Source of the DNA: Acidobacteriota bacterium
GTDB taxonomy: Bacteria > Acidobacteriota > Thermoanaerobaculia > Thermoanaerobaculales > Sulfomarinibacteraceae
Length of the DNA stretch: 64,000 nucleotides
NCBI GenBank assembly: GCA_022340775.1
Contig: JAJDNH010000025.1
Location: 2,007-66,006 of the forward strand
Direction: 5' to 3'
Positions 55,249 to 63,598 of this stretch are shown here, piece by piece; the stretch's first letter is position 1, and each line of letters opens with the position of its first letter. The translations under genes and the position numbers were made by a program. A model generated the notes under the pieces. It did not search any database. It was not told the origin of the DNA and saw only the letters and a list, made by a program, of their open reading frames with translations.

Positions 55249-57741
55249 CTATACCGTGAGTCCGGGGACCTTCACGATCGGGTGCCCCTCGTCGTCGACC
55301 TCGAAGCCGGTAGGCAACCTGAAGTCGGGATCCAGGGACCGGTAGTAGTCCACGTCGTAGGCCGTGAGCCGTAGCCGAGCTAAGCCGCGGCGGTGACCGT
55401 TGACGATCTCCGCGGTGAGGCCGAAGTCGACCTCGCCGAGGTCGGTGCTGACAATGTAGCGGGGTAGCTCGCGTCCACTGCCGTTCGTTCTCAAGGAGCT
55501 GGCGATGTCCAGTACCCTGGACAAGGGGATCGGTTGCTTGGCGTTCCACCATTTCTGGGGCGGCAACCCGGCCACGTAGAGGTGGTGGACCTCGATGCCG
55601 AGTCGACGGCAGGCCGCCGTGATGTCGGTGATTGTCCGACAGTTGTCGTTGATGGCAGCAAGCAGGGGAATGCTGGCGTGGACGGTGACCCCCCGCCTGC
55701 GGAGCGCCTTGACGAGTCGCTGGTGGTCCGGCTTGAGATCGGTCGGATGGAGGAGGAGAGTCTCGACCTCGAGGCGTGTCGGGTTGACGCTCGACAGCCG
55801 GTTCAAGGAGGTGATCCGGCGCACCATCCCGTCCGAGAAAGCCTCCGGTTCAAAAGCCGCAGCCAGGCTCCGCAGCCGCACGGCGTTGACATGGGGCAAC
55901 GGTTGCAGGCGCTCGACGATCACCCCGACTTTGTACAACGTGTGGGCCACGTCCCGGCGGGAGAAGAGGACGACATCGGTGATGCGGGTGTTGGAGGAGA
56001 TGTACTCGACGGAGCGCGCGATCTCCTCCTCCGCTGCCTCACAGTCGAGCTCCACGCGGGTCATGTGCGGGCGGGACAGTGACCGGAGGCCGGTGTCGAC
56101 GAGGGAAGGCCCCAGCAAGGGGTCGTGTCGAAAGCGCTGCCGGATCTCGTTGAGAGCTTCCTCTCGGGCGTGTTCGGGCAGGGGAGTGGCTTCGGCCAGC
56201 GGGCGCGCCCAGCTGCGTGCCTCGCGTGGCCCTAACAGAAAGGCAGAGTCGCCCACTTTGGCCATCAGCTTCGCATCGAGGGTTCCTTCCCGGTTGGGCC
56301 TTGCTATCCGGGACAGGTCGAGGATCGGGGCGAACGTCTCGAGGTACTCGAGAGAGTAGGGTGTTCGCAGCCACACGAAGCGTTCGTCGTCCTGGTCGAT
56401 TTCTACCGCCCATCCACTGGTGCCCCAGTCGATTTTGCCGATGGAGGTCGCGGTGCACAGATGCGGGACTGCGCGATCCGAGAGGGTTGCCCTCAGGACT
56501 CGGGCGGCCTGGAGGCCGGAGGAAAGCGTTGATGCGTACCTGCGGTTGCCCTGGATCGGGCTGCACGGCATGAAGATGTAGTGCATTTCGGCGCCGGCGC
56601 CCCGCAGCCTACGGTAGAGCTCGGCGAGGGTCTCTCCCAAGTCGTTGCAGCCACCGACATAGGGAGTCTGCACGTAGACGCCGATGCCGTTCCCCACCAA
56701 CTCGGTAATGACCTCGAGGCTTCTGATGGTCACCTCGTCGGGGTGGATGAAATGGGTGGCGATCTCGATCTTCCTGTCTCTCTGGGCCAGCTCGAGCTGC
56801 TTGCGCTTCAGGTAGTCGAGCCAGAAGCCGTCCCGGCCGGTGAACAGGGCAGGGTGGTAGGAGAGCGCCCGGGTGGCGACCCGCAGCGTCTCCACGTGGG
56901 GGACCTTGGCGAGGCCGTCGATGGCTTGAGTCAGGGTAGGCCGGTTCATGAAAGGATCGCCCCCGGTGAGGACGACCTCCTTGATCTCGGGGCAACTCTT
57001 GATGTACGCCACTCCCAGGTCGACGTGCTTCTGAGTCGGCGCTCTCTGGGTCCGACACTCCTTGTGCTTGCGGAAGCAGAACCGGCAGAAGACGGGACAC
57101 ACCATGTTGAGGATGAAGATCACCCGGTTGCGGTACATCTGCTCGATGACCCCGCGGTGGAACTGGCCGACCCAGGTGTGGACGAGGCCCTCGCGGTCCA
57201 ACTCGTCCGCGAAAGGCTGGTACTGGTAGGCGACGGCGGGCGAAAGCCGCATCTGGCGAATGGTGTGGGCCGAGAAGCGAGCTGGGTAAACCGCAAGCAC
57301 CTCTCTCAGGGCGTCACGTTCCTCCTCGGGGACCTTCCGGTTGGTGAGCTTCTCGAGACGGCTGAGAGTCTTGACATCGATGATCGCGTCTCCGGGAATC
57401 AGCACTTCCAGGATAGCGAGCAGGAGAGCGTAGGGGATCCGGACCCCGTCCACCGCGACCTGTGCGGCTACCTGTCCGTTGGCCAGTGCGAGCTGCGCCA
57501 GTACCTCTTCGAAGAATCCCTGTGCGTCGTCCTCGTAACCAGCCGCAGTGAGCAGCCTCAGGAGGCGGCTTTCGCCGTCCCCCTCGCCGGTCACGGTACA
57601 AAAGTCCGTGTCGACCAGCGGCTCCGCACCGTACAGCTCAAGGAACTCGACTGTGGCCCGTTCGAGTGCCTTGAGGGGAACCTGCAGCTTCTCCTTGGAG
57701 GGAAGAAACTCGACTGAAAGATCTGCCTGCGGTGTCTGCAC
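55249..57741 (-). CDS. Large KamA-family radical SAM protein (aminomutase-like) with a second, degenerate KamA-like module
   Basis: CPVFCRFC (C215/C219/C222), LTGGDP, THFIHPDE and SIGKIDW are in the first module. The second module (about aa 560-775) parallels it but lacks the Cys triad, GGDP and the Lys. GTG start with an AGGAGG SD. Confidence 0.8.
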   Translation of the reverse strand: MQTPQADLSVEFLPSKEKLQVPLKALERATVEFLELYGAEPLVDTDFCTVTGEGDGESRLLRLLTAAGYEDDAQGFFEEVLAQLALANGQVAAQVAVDGVRIPYALLLAILEVLIPGDAIIDVKTLSRLEKLTNRKVPEEERDALREVLAVYPARFSAHTIRQMRLSPAVAYQYQPFADELDREGLVHTWVGQFHRGVIEQMYRNRVIFILNMVCPVFCRFCFRKHKECRTQRAPTQKHVDLGVAYIKSCPEIKEVVLTGGDPFMNRPTLTQAIDGLAKVPHVETLRVATRALSYHPALFTGRDGFWLDYLKRKQLELAQRDRKIEIATHFIHPDEVTIRSLEVITELVGNGIGVYVQTPYVGGCNDLGETLAELYRRLRGAGAEMHYIFMPCSPIQGNRRYASTLSSGLQAARVLRATLSDRAVPHLCTATSIGKIDWGTSGWAVEIDQDDERFVWLRTPYSLEYLETFAPILDLSRIARPNREGTLDAKLMAKVGDSAFLLGPREARSWARPLAEATPLPEHAREEALNEIRQRFRHDPLLGPSLVDTGLRSLSRPHMTRVELDCEAAEEEIARSVEYISSNTRITDVVLFSRRDVAHTLYKVGVIVERLQPLPHVNAVRLRSLAAAFEPEAFSDGMVRRITSLNRLSSVNPTRLEVETLLLHPTDLKPDHQRLVKALRRRGVTVHASIPLLAAINDNCRTITDITAACRRLGIEVHHLYVAGLPPQKWWNAKQPIPLSRVLDIASSLRTNGSGRELPRYIVSTDLGEVDFGLTAEIVNGHRRGLARLRLTAYDVDYYRSLDPDFRLPTGFEVDDEGHPIVKVPGLTV

Positions 57742-57821
57742 CCGGCCACCTCCTAACGATCCAAGTCGAGACTGGAGAGGAGCGACCTGCCCTGCTCATC
57801 GCGACCGTCGATGCGAAGCCG

Positions 57822-58700
57822 TCACCGCAGCGTCTTGCACCACACGTGCATGTTCTCGAAGCGGCCTGCGATGTGGCAGTTTTTGACCAACGTGCCGGTC
57901 CACTCGTAGCCACGGTTGTAGAACACGCGGTTCATGCCGGCCGAACGGGCCCTGGCGATGGTGTACAGGTAACGAATGTCCCGCTCCGCCATGTCCTCCT
58001 CGAGGGCTGCGAGGGTGTGCTGCGCCAGTCCCAGCCCTCTCCGATCCGGAAGCGTGGCGAAATCGGTCATTTCCGCGTTGTGGTGTGCACGAATGGTGTC
58101 TGCTGATGCGGCGGCGATCAGGGATCCTCCGTCGTCCCGAACGATCCTATAGACCACGTCGGACAGCATGGTCTCGATCAGGAAGCCGGGGTCCGTTATC
58201 GGGAACGGATAGCTCTTGAAGACCGTGTCGTAGAGCGCGGCGAGCTCGTCGGCGTCTTCCGGCCGTGCCACCCGCATCAGGTAGCCGTCGGGGAGCGCCG
58301 GCACGGAGGGATCTGCAGGGCGGGAGCGGATCTTGCGGAGGATTGATTCCTCCTCTTCCGCAGCCGGGCGCTGCCGACGGTTCTGATCGAGAAACCTCGA
58401 CATCACCACGGCGGGCTTCCCGTTGAAGTAGCCGGAGATCGTGGCTTCGGCCTGCATGCCGGCAGCCTCGAGAGCGGCTCGATCCTCGACCGGCGCCTTC
58501 ACGAAGATCTTGCCGAGCTTCAGGTCAAGCGCCTTCTCGGCGAGCTCTTCGACCATGCCGATGAGGTTGGATCCCTCATAGTCGAGAATGTGGACCCTGC
58601 GGTTCAGTCCGCTGAAGACGGCTCGGGCTCTGTAGCCCTGTCCGTCGACAGAGAGTCGGGTATCGATCTCGGAACCCGCGGTGATTCGGACTGCGGTCAT
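57822..58700 (-). CDS. ablB: GNAT acetyltransferase, AblB-like (putative beta-lysine N6-acetyltransferase)
   Basis: A two-part architecture typical of AblB (N-terminal regulatory-like half, C-terminal GNAT with ATLPDRRGLGLAQHTL). The start overlaps the ablA stop (ATGA). Confidence 0.7.
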   Translation of the reverse strand: MTAVRITAGSEIDTRLSVDGQGYRARAVFSGLNRRVHILDYEGSNLIGMVEELAEKALDLKLGKIFVKAPVEDRAALEAAGMQAEATISGYFNGKPAVVMSRFLDQNRRQRPAAEEEESILRKIRSRPADPSVPALPDGYLMRVARPEDADELAALYDTVFKSYPFPITDPGFLIETMLSDVVYRIVRDDGGSLIAAASADTIRAHHNAEMTDFATLPDRRGLGLAQHTLAALEEDMAERDIRYLYTIARARSAGMNRVFYNRGYEWTGTLVKNCHIAGRFENMHVWCKTLR

Positions 58701-60037
58701 GCGCTCCTCCCTGTCGGTTCCTCCTCCTCGCCTTCCTCCTCTGGCGACAGGGCAGATGGAATGAGTGCGATGTTACCTGGGTCATCGTCGAATAGGCCGG
58801 CCACACCGACCGTTTCCAGTCCCTCGCGGAGGACCTCGCGGCAGTGCGAGCAGGGGTGCCCCTCCGAGCACATCCCGATGTAGTCCCTGGGCTCCTCGTA
58901 GGCGACGATACGGCCTTCGAAGTTGCGGAGGATCACCTTGTGCTCGTGCTGCGAGACCACGTAGTTGGGATGCACGGGGATCTTGCCGCCGCCACCGGGG
59001 GCATCCACGACGAAGGTGGGTACGGCGAGGCCCGAGATGTGGCCGCGCAGGTGCTCCATGATCTCGATTCCCTTGGCGACAGTGGTCCGAAAGTGCATGA
59101 GACCCTCGGCGAGGTCGCACTGGTAGATGTAGTACGGACGAATACGGTTGACGGTGAGCTTGTGCATCAGCTTGCGCATCAGTGCCCAGCAGTCGTTGAC
59201 GCTTCGCAGCAACACGGTCTGGTTCCCGAGGGGGATGCCGGCGTCGGCCAGGAGTGCCACTGCGGCCTCGGACTCGGAAGTGAACTCCTTGGGTACGTTG
59301 AAGTGCGTGTTGAGATAGATGGGGTGGTAGCGTTTCAAGGTCGCTGCCAGGTTCGGCGTGATCCGCTGGGGCATGGTCACCGGCAGCCGCGAGCCGATGC
59401 GGATAATCTCGACCGACGGCGCTTCCGCACGCAAGCGCTTCAGGATGTGCTCGAGGCGTTCGTCGGACAGCAGCAGGGGATCGCCGCCCGAGAGGAGCAC
59501 GTCCCTGATTTCCGTGTGCTCGTTCAGGTAGGCGATTCCGGCATCCAGCTGGGCATCCGTGATCGCAGCCGGCCGCTCGCCGACCTTGCGCTTTCGGGTG
59601 CAGTGCCGGCACAGCATGGCGCACTCATGCACCACGACCCACAGCACGCGGTCCGGGTAGCGATGAGTCATGCCCGGAGCCACCGAGTCTCCCTCCTCGT
59701 TGAGGGGGTCCTCGATGTCAAAGTCGCTCAGCGTCAGCTCGCCCTCACCGGGAATCGCCTGCAGCCGGATCGGGCACTCGGGGTCGTCGGGGTCGATCAG
59801 CGAGGCGTAGTAAGGCGGAACCGCGAATCGGAAGCGATCGAGGGCGCGCTCGATCGTACGTTGCTCGCGGGGCGTCATGGGCAGGATGCGGGCGAGCTCC
59901 TCGGCGGTAGTGATGCGGTGGCGCATCTGCCAGTGCCAGTCGCGCCACTCCTCGTTGGGAACGTCCCGCCAGATGGAGCGCTCCTTGTAGGAAGGCTGAG
60001 CCCGGGACGCCGAACGCTCGGTGACTGGGATCGTCAT
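58697..60037 (-). CDS. ablA: Lysine 2,3-aminomutase (KamA/AblA)
   Basis: CAMLCRHCTRK (CxxxCxxC), LSGGDPL, NTHFNVPKE, GNQTVLLRSVND, YYIYQCD and VVDAPGGGGKIP (PLP Lys). The start is ATG 60037 with an AAGGA SD. Confidence 0.9.
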   Translation of the reverse strand: MTIPVTERSASRAQPSYKERSIWRDVPNEEWRDWHWQMRHRITTAEELARILPMTPREQRTIERALDRFRFAVPPYYASLIDPDDPECPIRLQAIPGEGELTLSDFDIEDPLNEEGDSVAPGMTHRYPDRVLWVVVHECAMLCRHCTRKRKVGERPAAITDAQLDAGIAYLNEHTEIRDVLLSGGDPLLLSDERLEHILKRLRAEAPSVEIIRIGSRLPVTMPQRITPNLAATLKRYHPIYLNTHFNVPKEFTSESEAAVALLADAGIPLGNQTVLLRSVNDCWALMRKLMHKLTVNRIRPYYIYQCDLAEGLMHFRTTVAKGIEIMEHLRGHISGLAVPTFVVDAPGGGGKIPVHPNYVVSQHEHKVILRNFEGRIVAYEEPRDYIGMCSEGHPCSHCREVLREGLETVGVAGLFDDDPGNIALIPSALSPEEEGEEEEPTGRSA

Positions 60038-60256
60038 GGTTTTTCCTTTCGGGCACGCCAAACGGCTAGCGGGTCTCGCCTGGGGAGATGCAGCCGCACT
60101 GGAGGACGAATGGGGGGAGCATTACAGACACCAATTGCATTGCATGCTAAATATTATCACACAGAACGCTTCGGGGCAAGAGATGAGAAGAGACCAGGGG
60201 GCCGGGGTCGAGGGTGAGGAGCGGGGCCGAATCCCCGAGCGCTCGAAGGCTGATCT

Positions 60257-60832
60257 CTACCGCTTTGCCTTGTCCGGCTGGAGCCGCTTCAGGAACGTCT
60301 CGGTCCCTTCCGAGCTGGCATCGAGGGGTCCGGTGGACAGGATCGGGCCTGCTTCGACGCTCTCCGCCTCCATCAGGGCCACAATCCGCTGTAGCGAGGA
60401 CAGGATCTGGGTCTGTTCCCACTCCGGAAGCCCGCTGAACGCATGCGTGAAGTGCTCCTGCAGCAGGGGCGGTGCCTGTGCGATGAGCGTCTCCGCCGCG
60501 TCTGTGGAGGAGACGATGACCTTCCTTCTGTCCTCTGTGCTTCTCACCCGTTCAACAAGGCCCTTCCGATCCAGGCGGTCGAGGATGCCGGTGAGCGTCG
60601 CCTGGCTCAGGTTGACCGCATGTGCGAGCTCGCTGACGGTTTGGGGAGAGCTCTCGGCAAGCTCCTTCAAGACGACGAGCTGAGGCCCGGTGAGGCCATA
60701 GCGTTGGACGAGCGTGCGCGAGTGAAGGTCGATGGCTCGAATGATGCGTCGCAGGGCCGCCAGAACCCCCCTCGTGGTCCGTGGCTCTGAGTTCGATCCG
60801 GACGGTATGGCCTTGGCACTCATCGACGGCAT
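60257..60832 (-). CDS. MarR family transcriptional regulator
   Basis: GLTGPQLVVLKELAESSPQTVSELAHAVNLSQATLTGILDRLDRKGLVERVRSTEDRRKV. The start is ATG 60832. The 443-aa ORF to 61588 is an antisense-of-infC extension. Confidence 0.85.
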   Translation of the reverse strand: MPSMSAKAIPSGSNSEPRTTRGVLAALRRIIRAIDLHSRTLVQRYGLTGPQLVVLKELAESSPQTVSELAHAVNLSQATLTGILDRLDRKGLVERVRSTEDRRKVIVSSTDAAETLIAQAPPLLQEHFTHAFSGLPEWEQTQILSSLQRIVALMEAESVEAGPILSTGPLDASSEGTETFLKRLQPDKAKR

Positions 60833-60906
60833 TGTACTTGAACGCGGAAGCAATTCAGACTCACCTCGGTGCGGGCGATTTGACGTATTGCGGCGGACAT
60901 AATAGT

Positions 60907-60916
60907 TTGAATTCAA
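60907..60916. promoter_or_regulatory. Perfect 10-bp palindrome TTGAATTCAA in the AT-rich marR/infC divergent region (candidate MarR operator)
   Basis: The palindrome is seen directly, 75 nt upstream of the marR ATG, in a local AT-rich patch (ACATAATAGTTTGAATTCAATGTTTC). Confidence 0.25.
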
Positions 60917-61012
60917 TGTTTCGTGGTGCGGGTGCGAGAGAATCCCGAGGAGCCGGCGAAGCGGCAGCGGGCCTCCACCTGTCGGTACAAACCCACGGAA
61001 AGGAGGGTTCCT

Positions 61013-61564
61013 ATCAGAGGAAGAAGACGGTTTTTTCGCGAGCCGCCGCCTCGCCCCGAGCATCGACTCAACGAGATGATCCGGATCTCGCCGGTGCGGG
61101 TGGTCGGCACCGACGGCGAGCAGGTGGGGGTGATTCCGGTCGAGGAGGCCAGGGCAATGGCCGGCGAACTGGGGCTCGATCTCGTCGAGGTCGCCCCGAC
61201 TGCCCGTCCTCCCGTGTGCAAGATAATGGACTATCACCGGTTCCTGTTCGAACGCGAGAAAAAGGCCAAGGAGGCCAAACGGCACCAGCACCGGATCGAG
61301 ACCAAAGAGGTCAAGTTCCGGCCGAACATCAGCGACCATGACTTTTCCACCAAGGTGAAGCTGGCGGAGCGGTTTCTCCGCACCGGCTTCCACGTCAAGC
61401 TCACCGTGATGTTCCGCAGGCGCGAGCTGCGGCGCCCGGAGAATGGATACGAGCTCCTGACACGGGCGTGCGAGCGTCTCGACGACGTGGCAGACGTAGC
61501 AAGCGCACCACCGGAGAACCTGCAGGGCCGGGATCTCTCGATGGTGCTCAAGCCCGACAACTGA
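61013..61564 (+). CDS. infC: Translation initiation factor IF-3, probable non-canonical AUC start
   Basis: RLNEMIRISPVRVVGTDGEQVGVIPVEEARAMAGELGLDLVEVAPTARPPVCKIMDY..VKFRPNISDHDF aligns to IF-3. A strong SD (GGAAAGGAGGG) lies 6 nt before in-frame ATC 61013. GTG codons at 60923-60932 lack an SD. Confidence 0.8.
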   Translation: MRGRRRFFREPPPRPEHRLNEMIRISPVRVVGTDGEQVGVIPVEEARAMAGELGLDLVEVAPTARPPVCKIMDYHRFLFEREKKAKEAKRHQHRIETKEVKFRPNISDHDFSTKVKLAERFLRTGFHVKLTVMFRRRELRRPENGYELLTRACERLDDVADVASAPPENLQGRDLSMVLKPDN

Positions 61565-61580
61565 CTCCAGAGATCTGCAT

Positions 61581-62972
61581 GTGCACATCGCCGACTACCT
61601 GATCCTCGCTGCGTACTTTCTCGGCATGCTGGGGATCGGCATGTACTTCCAGCGTCGCCAGACGAGTCTCGAGGAGTACTTCGTTGGCGGCAGGGACATG
61701 AGCGCCCGGCACATCGGGCTGTCCGTGGTGGCGACCGACGTCGGTGGGGGTTTCTCGATCGGGCTCGGAGGCCTCGGCTTTGTGATGGGGATCTCCGCTT
61801 CGTGGCTGCTTTTCTCGGGCCTCCTCGGTGCCTGGGTCTCGGCCGTCATCCTGGTGCCGAGAGTCAAGAGCCTGGGTTCCATTCACCAGCACAGGTCGTT
61901 TCCCGACTTCCTGGCTCACAGGTTCGGGGAGCCAACACGACTGGTGGCAGCGGTCGTCTCGGCCGTCGGCTACGCGGGCTTCACCGGCTCACAGCTGCTG
62001 GCCGGAGGCAAGCTCGCGTCGGCGGCTTTCCAGTTCAACCTGACCACTGCGGTGCTGCTGATGTCTTTCGTCATAGTCGGTTACACCGCTCTCGGCGGCC
62101 TCGAGGCGGTCGTCTACACCGATACCGCACAATGGGGAATCCTGTTTGTCGGTCTTCTCGGCCTTGGCGTACCGCTCGGCTTCTACGAGGTCGGAGGGTG
62201 GTCGGGGCTCAAGGGCGCCCTGCCGCCGAAGTTCTTCTCGCTCGGCAACGTGAGCACGATGCAGATCGTGACCTGGATGGTGACCATCGTGCCGATCTGG
62301 TTTGTAGCGATGACCTTGTACCAGCGAATCCACGCCTCGCGCGACGTCGCTACTGCGCGCCGGGCGTGGTTCATGGCAGGGCTGCTGGAGTACCCGGGAA
62401 TGGCGTTCATGGGGGCCGTCCTCGGCATGTTCTCGAGGGTGCTGTACCCCCACGTCGACCCGGAGATGGGCTTGCCGCTGCTTATCCGAGACGTGCTACC
62501 CGCCGGCGCCACAGGCCTGATCCTGGCCGCCTACTTCGCGGCCATCATGTCGACTGCGGACTCCTGTCTACTGGCCAGCGTGGGTAACCTGGTCGATGAC
62601 ATCATCGGACGCCATGTGGCTCCCTCGGCATCGGAGCAGTCCATGCTCCGCCTCTCTCGGATCCTGACCGCAGTCGTCGGTTTCGGCTCAGTCGCGTTTG
62701 CCCTCTACATCCCTCAGGTGATCGACTCGATCCTGCTTGCCTATTCCTTCATGGTGGCGGGCCTGTTCTTTCCCACCCTGGGGGCCCTGTTCTGGCGCCG
62801 CGTCAGCGGAACCGCAGCCTTCTGGAGCGTGGTCGGCGGCGGCGGGACGACGGTATTCCTGACAGTCGCCCACACCGCCGTTCGGCTGGACCCGGTGTTT
62901 TACGGCCTAGCGGTTTCCGGGGCTGTGCTTGTGATCCTCACCTTCTGGTTTCCTTCCAAGCGGTTGGCCTGA
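61581..62972 (+). CDS. Sodium:solute symporter (SSS) family transporter
   Basis: About 13 TM helices, with an N-terminal block YFLGMLGIGMYFQRRQTSLEEYFVGGRDM typical of the SSF. GTG start. Confidence 0.85.
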   Translation: MHIADYLILAAYFLGMLGIGMYFQRRQTSLEEYFVGGRDMSARHIGLSVVATDVGGGFSIGLGGLGFVMGISASWLLFSGLLGAWVSAVILVPRVKSLGSIHQHRSFPDFLAHRFGEPTRLVAAVVSAVGYAGFTGSQLLAGGKLASAAFQFNLTTAVLLMSFVIVGYTALGGLEAVVYTDTAQWGILFVGLLGLGVPLGFYEVGGWSGLKGALPPKFFSLGNVSTMQIVTWMVTIVPIWFVAMTLYQRIHASRDVATARRAWFMAGLLEYPGMAFMGAVLGMFSRVLYPHVDPEMGLPLLIRDVLPAGATGLILAAYFAAIMSTADSCLLASVGNLVDDIIGRHVAPSASEQSMLRLSRILTAVVGFGSVAFALYIPQVIDSILLAYSFMVAGLFFPTLGALFWRRVSGTAAFWSVVGGGGTTVFLTVAHTAVRLDPVFYGLAVSGAVLVILTFWFPSKRLA

Positions 62973-63116
62973 TCCCCCGAGAACCTGGCTTCCAGTGTCG
63001 GCAAGCCGGCCCCGCCCCAACGGCTGTGGCACGGAGTGGCTTCCCGATCTGGGACACCCTGAACCAGGATGGAACGAGTAGCTCGGGTCACGCAGTCATC
63101 AGCAGTGCCCCAGCTG

Positions 63117-63132
63117 TGGCATCGATCTTGCT
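63117..63132 (+). promoter_or_regulatory. Sigma54-type -24/-12 promoter (TGGCAT-N5-TTGCT)
   Basis: GG at 63118-19 and GC at 63130-31 have canonical spacing. It lies 23 nt upstream of ATG 63155 and just before the GGAGG SD. Confidence 0.4.
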
Positions 63133-63154
63133 GTCCCGCTGCGTGGAGGTGACG

Positions 63155-63547
63155 ATGCCTGATCGCGCGCCAGCCACGCCCAGCAGGAACGTCTCGGCGC
63201 TGGTTCTCGCTGAATCCGTGAGCGAGGCGGACGCTCTGGCCGACGGCCTGAGAGGGAGTTACGGGATCGAGGTTCTGGCCGTCGGCTCGCCGGGCGCGGC
63301 CCGCATGGCACTGATCGGGGGCGACTACGACCTGCTGCTGGCGCCGGGCGGTGCCGAGGTCGATTGGGTTGCAGAGGTTGCGCCGCAGGTCACGGTGGTG
63401 CTCCTCGGGTACGCCGCCACGGCACCATCGATCCCCTCCCTGCTGATCATTCCCGACTGGCCACAGCCGCTTGACTCGTTGGTGCGCGCGATCAACTGGC
63501 ACCTCGAGACATGGAGCGGACCACAGCAGGCTGTCCCCAGCAACTGA
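63155..63547 (+). CDS. Hypothetical protein, receiver-like fold lacking phospho-acceptor residues (pseudo-receiver?)
   Basis: An alternating beta/alpha pattern (ALVLAES..IEVLAVGS..YDLLLAPGG..VVLLGY) resembles REC, but the acidic pocket and Asp are absent. GGAGG SD 5 nt upstream. This is a weak call. Confidence 0.4.
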   Translation: MPDRAPATPSRNVSALVLAESVSEADALADGLRGSYGIEVLAVGSPGAARMALIGGDYDLLLAPGGAEVDWVAEVAPQVTVVLLGYAATAPSIPSLLIIPDWPQPLDSLVRAINWHLETWSGPQQAVPSN

Positions 63548-63598
63548 ATCGCGAGCCTCCGTAGATACCCGGGTTAAACTGGTCCGGGATCGCAGCCG

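Noticed and set aside
60038-60256. Lysine (L-box) riboswitch upstream of ablA
   Set aside because: The likely 5' UTR is only about 75-100 nt, far shorter than an L-box. No GAGGCGC/AGAGG-type conserved core is visible.
54979-60832. tRNA-Asp-linked genomic island carrying the abl genes
   Set aside because: There is no integrase. No direct repeat of the tRNA 3' end is visible near 60.8-61.0 kb, and there is no obvious compositional shift. Adjacency to the tRNA appears coincidental.
60833-61588. N-terminal extension of the MarR ORF to 443 aa. Similar upstream extensions occur in ORFs 23477..24652, 28481..30373, 35305..37536, 44434..45690, 45119..47317, 5115..7565, 31824..33473 and 53130..54404.
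   Set aside because: The extensions are Arg/Pro-rich and overlap neighbouring genes or their antisense strands. Internal start codons coincide with the family N-termini, signal peptides and/or SD sequences.
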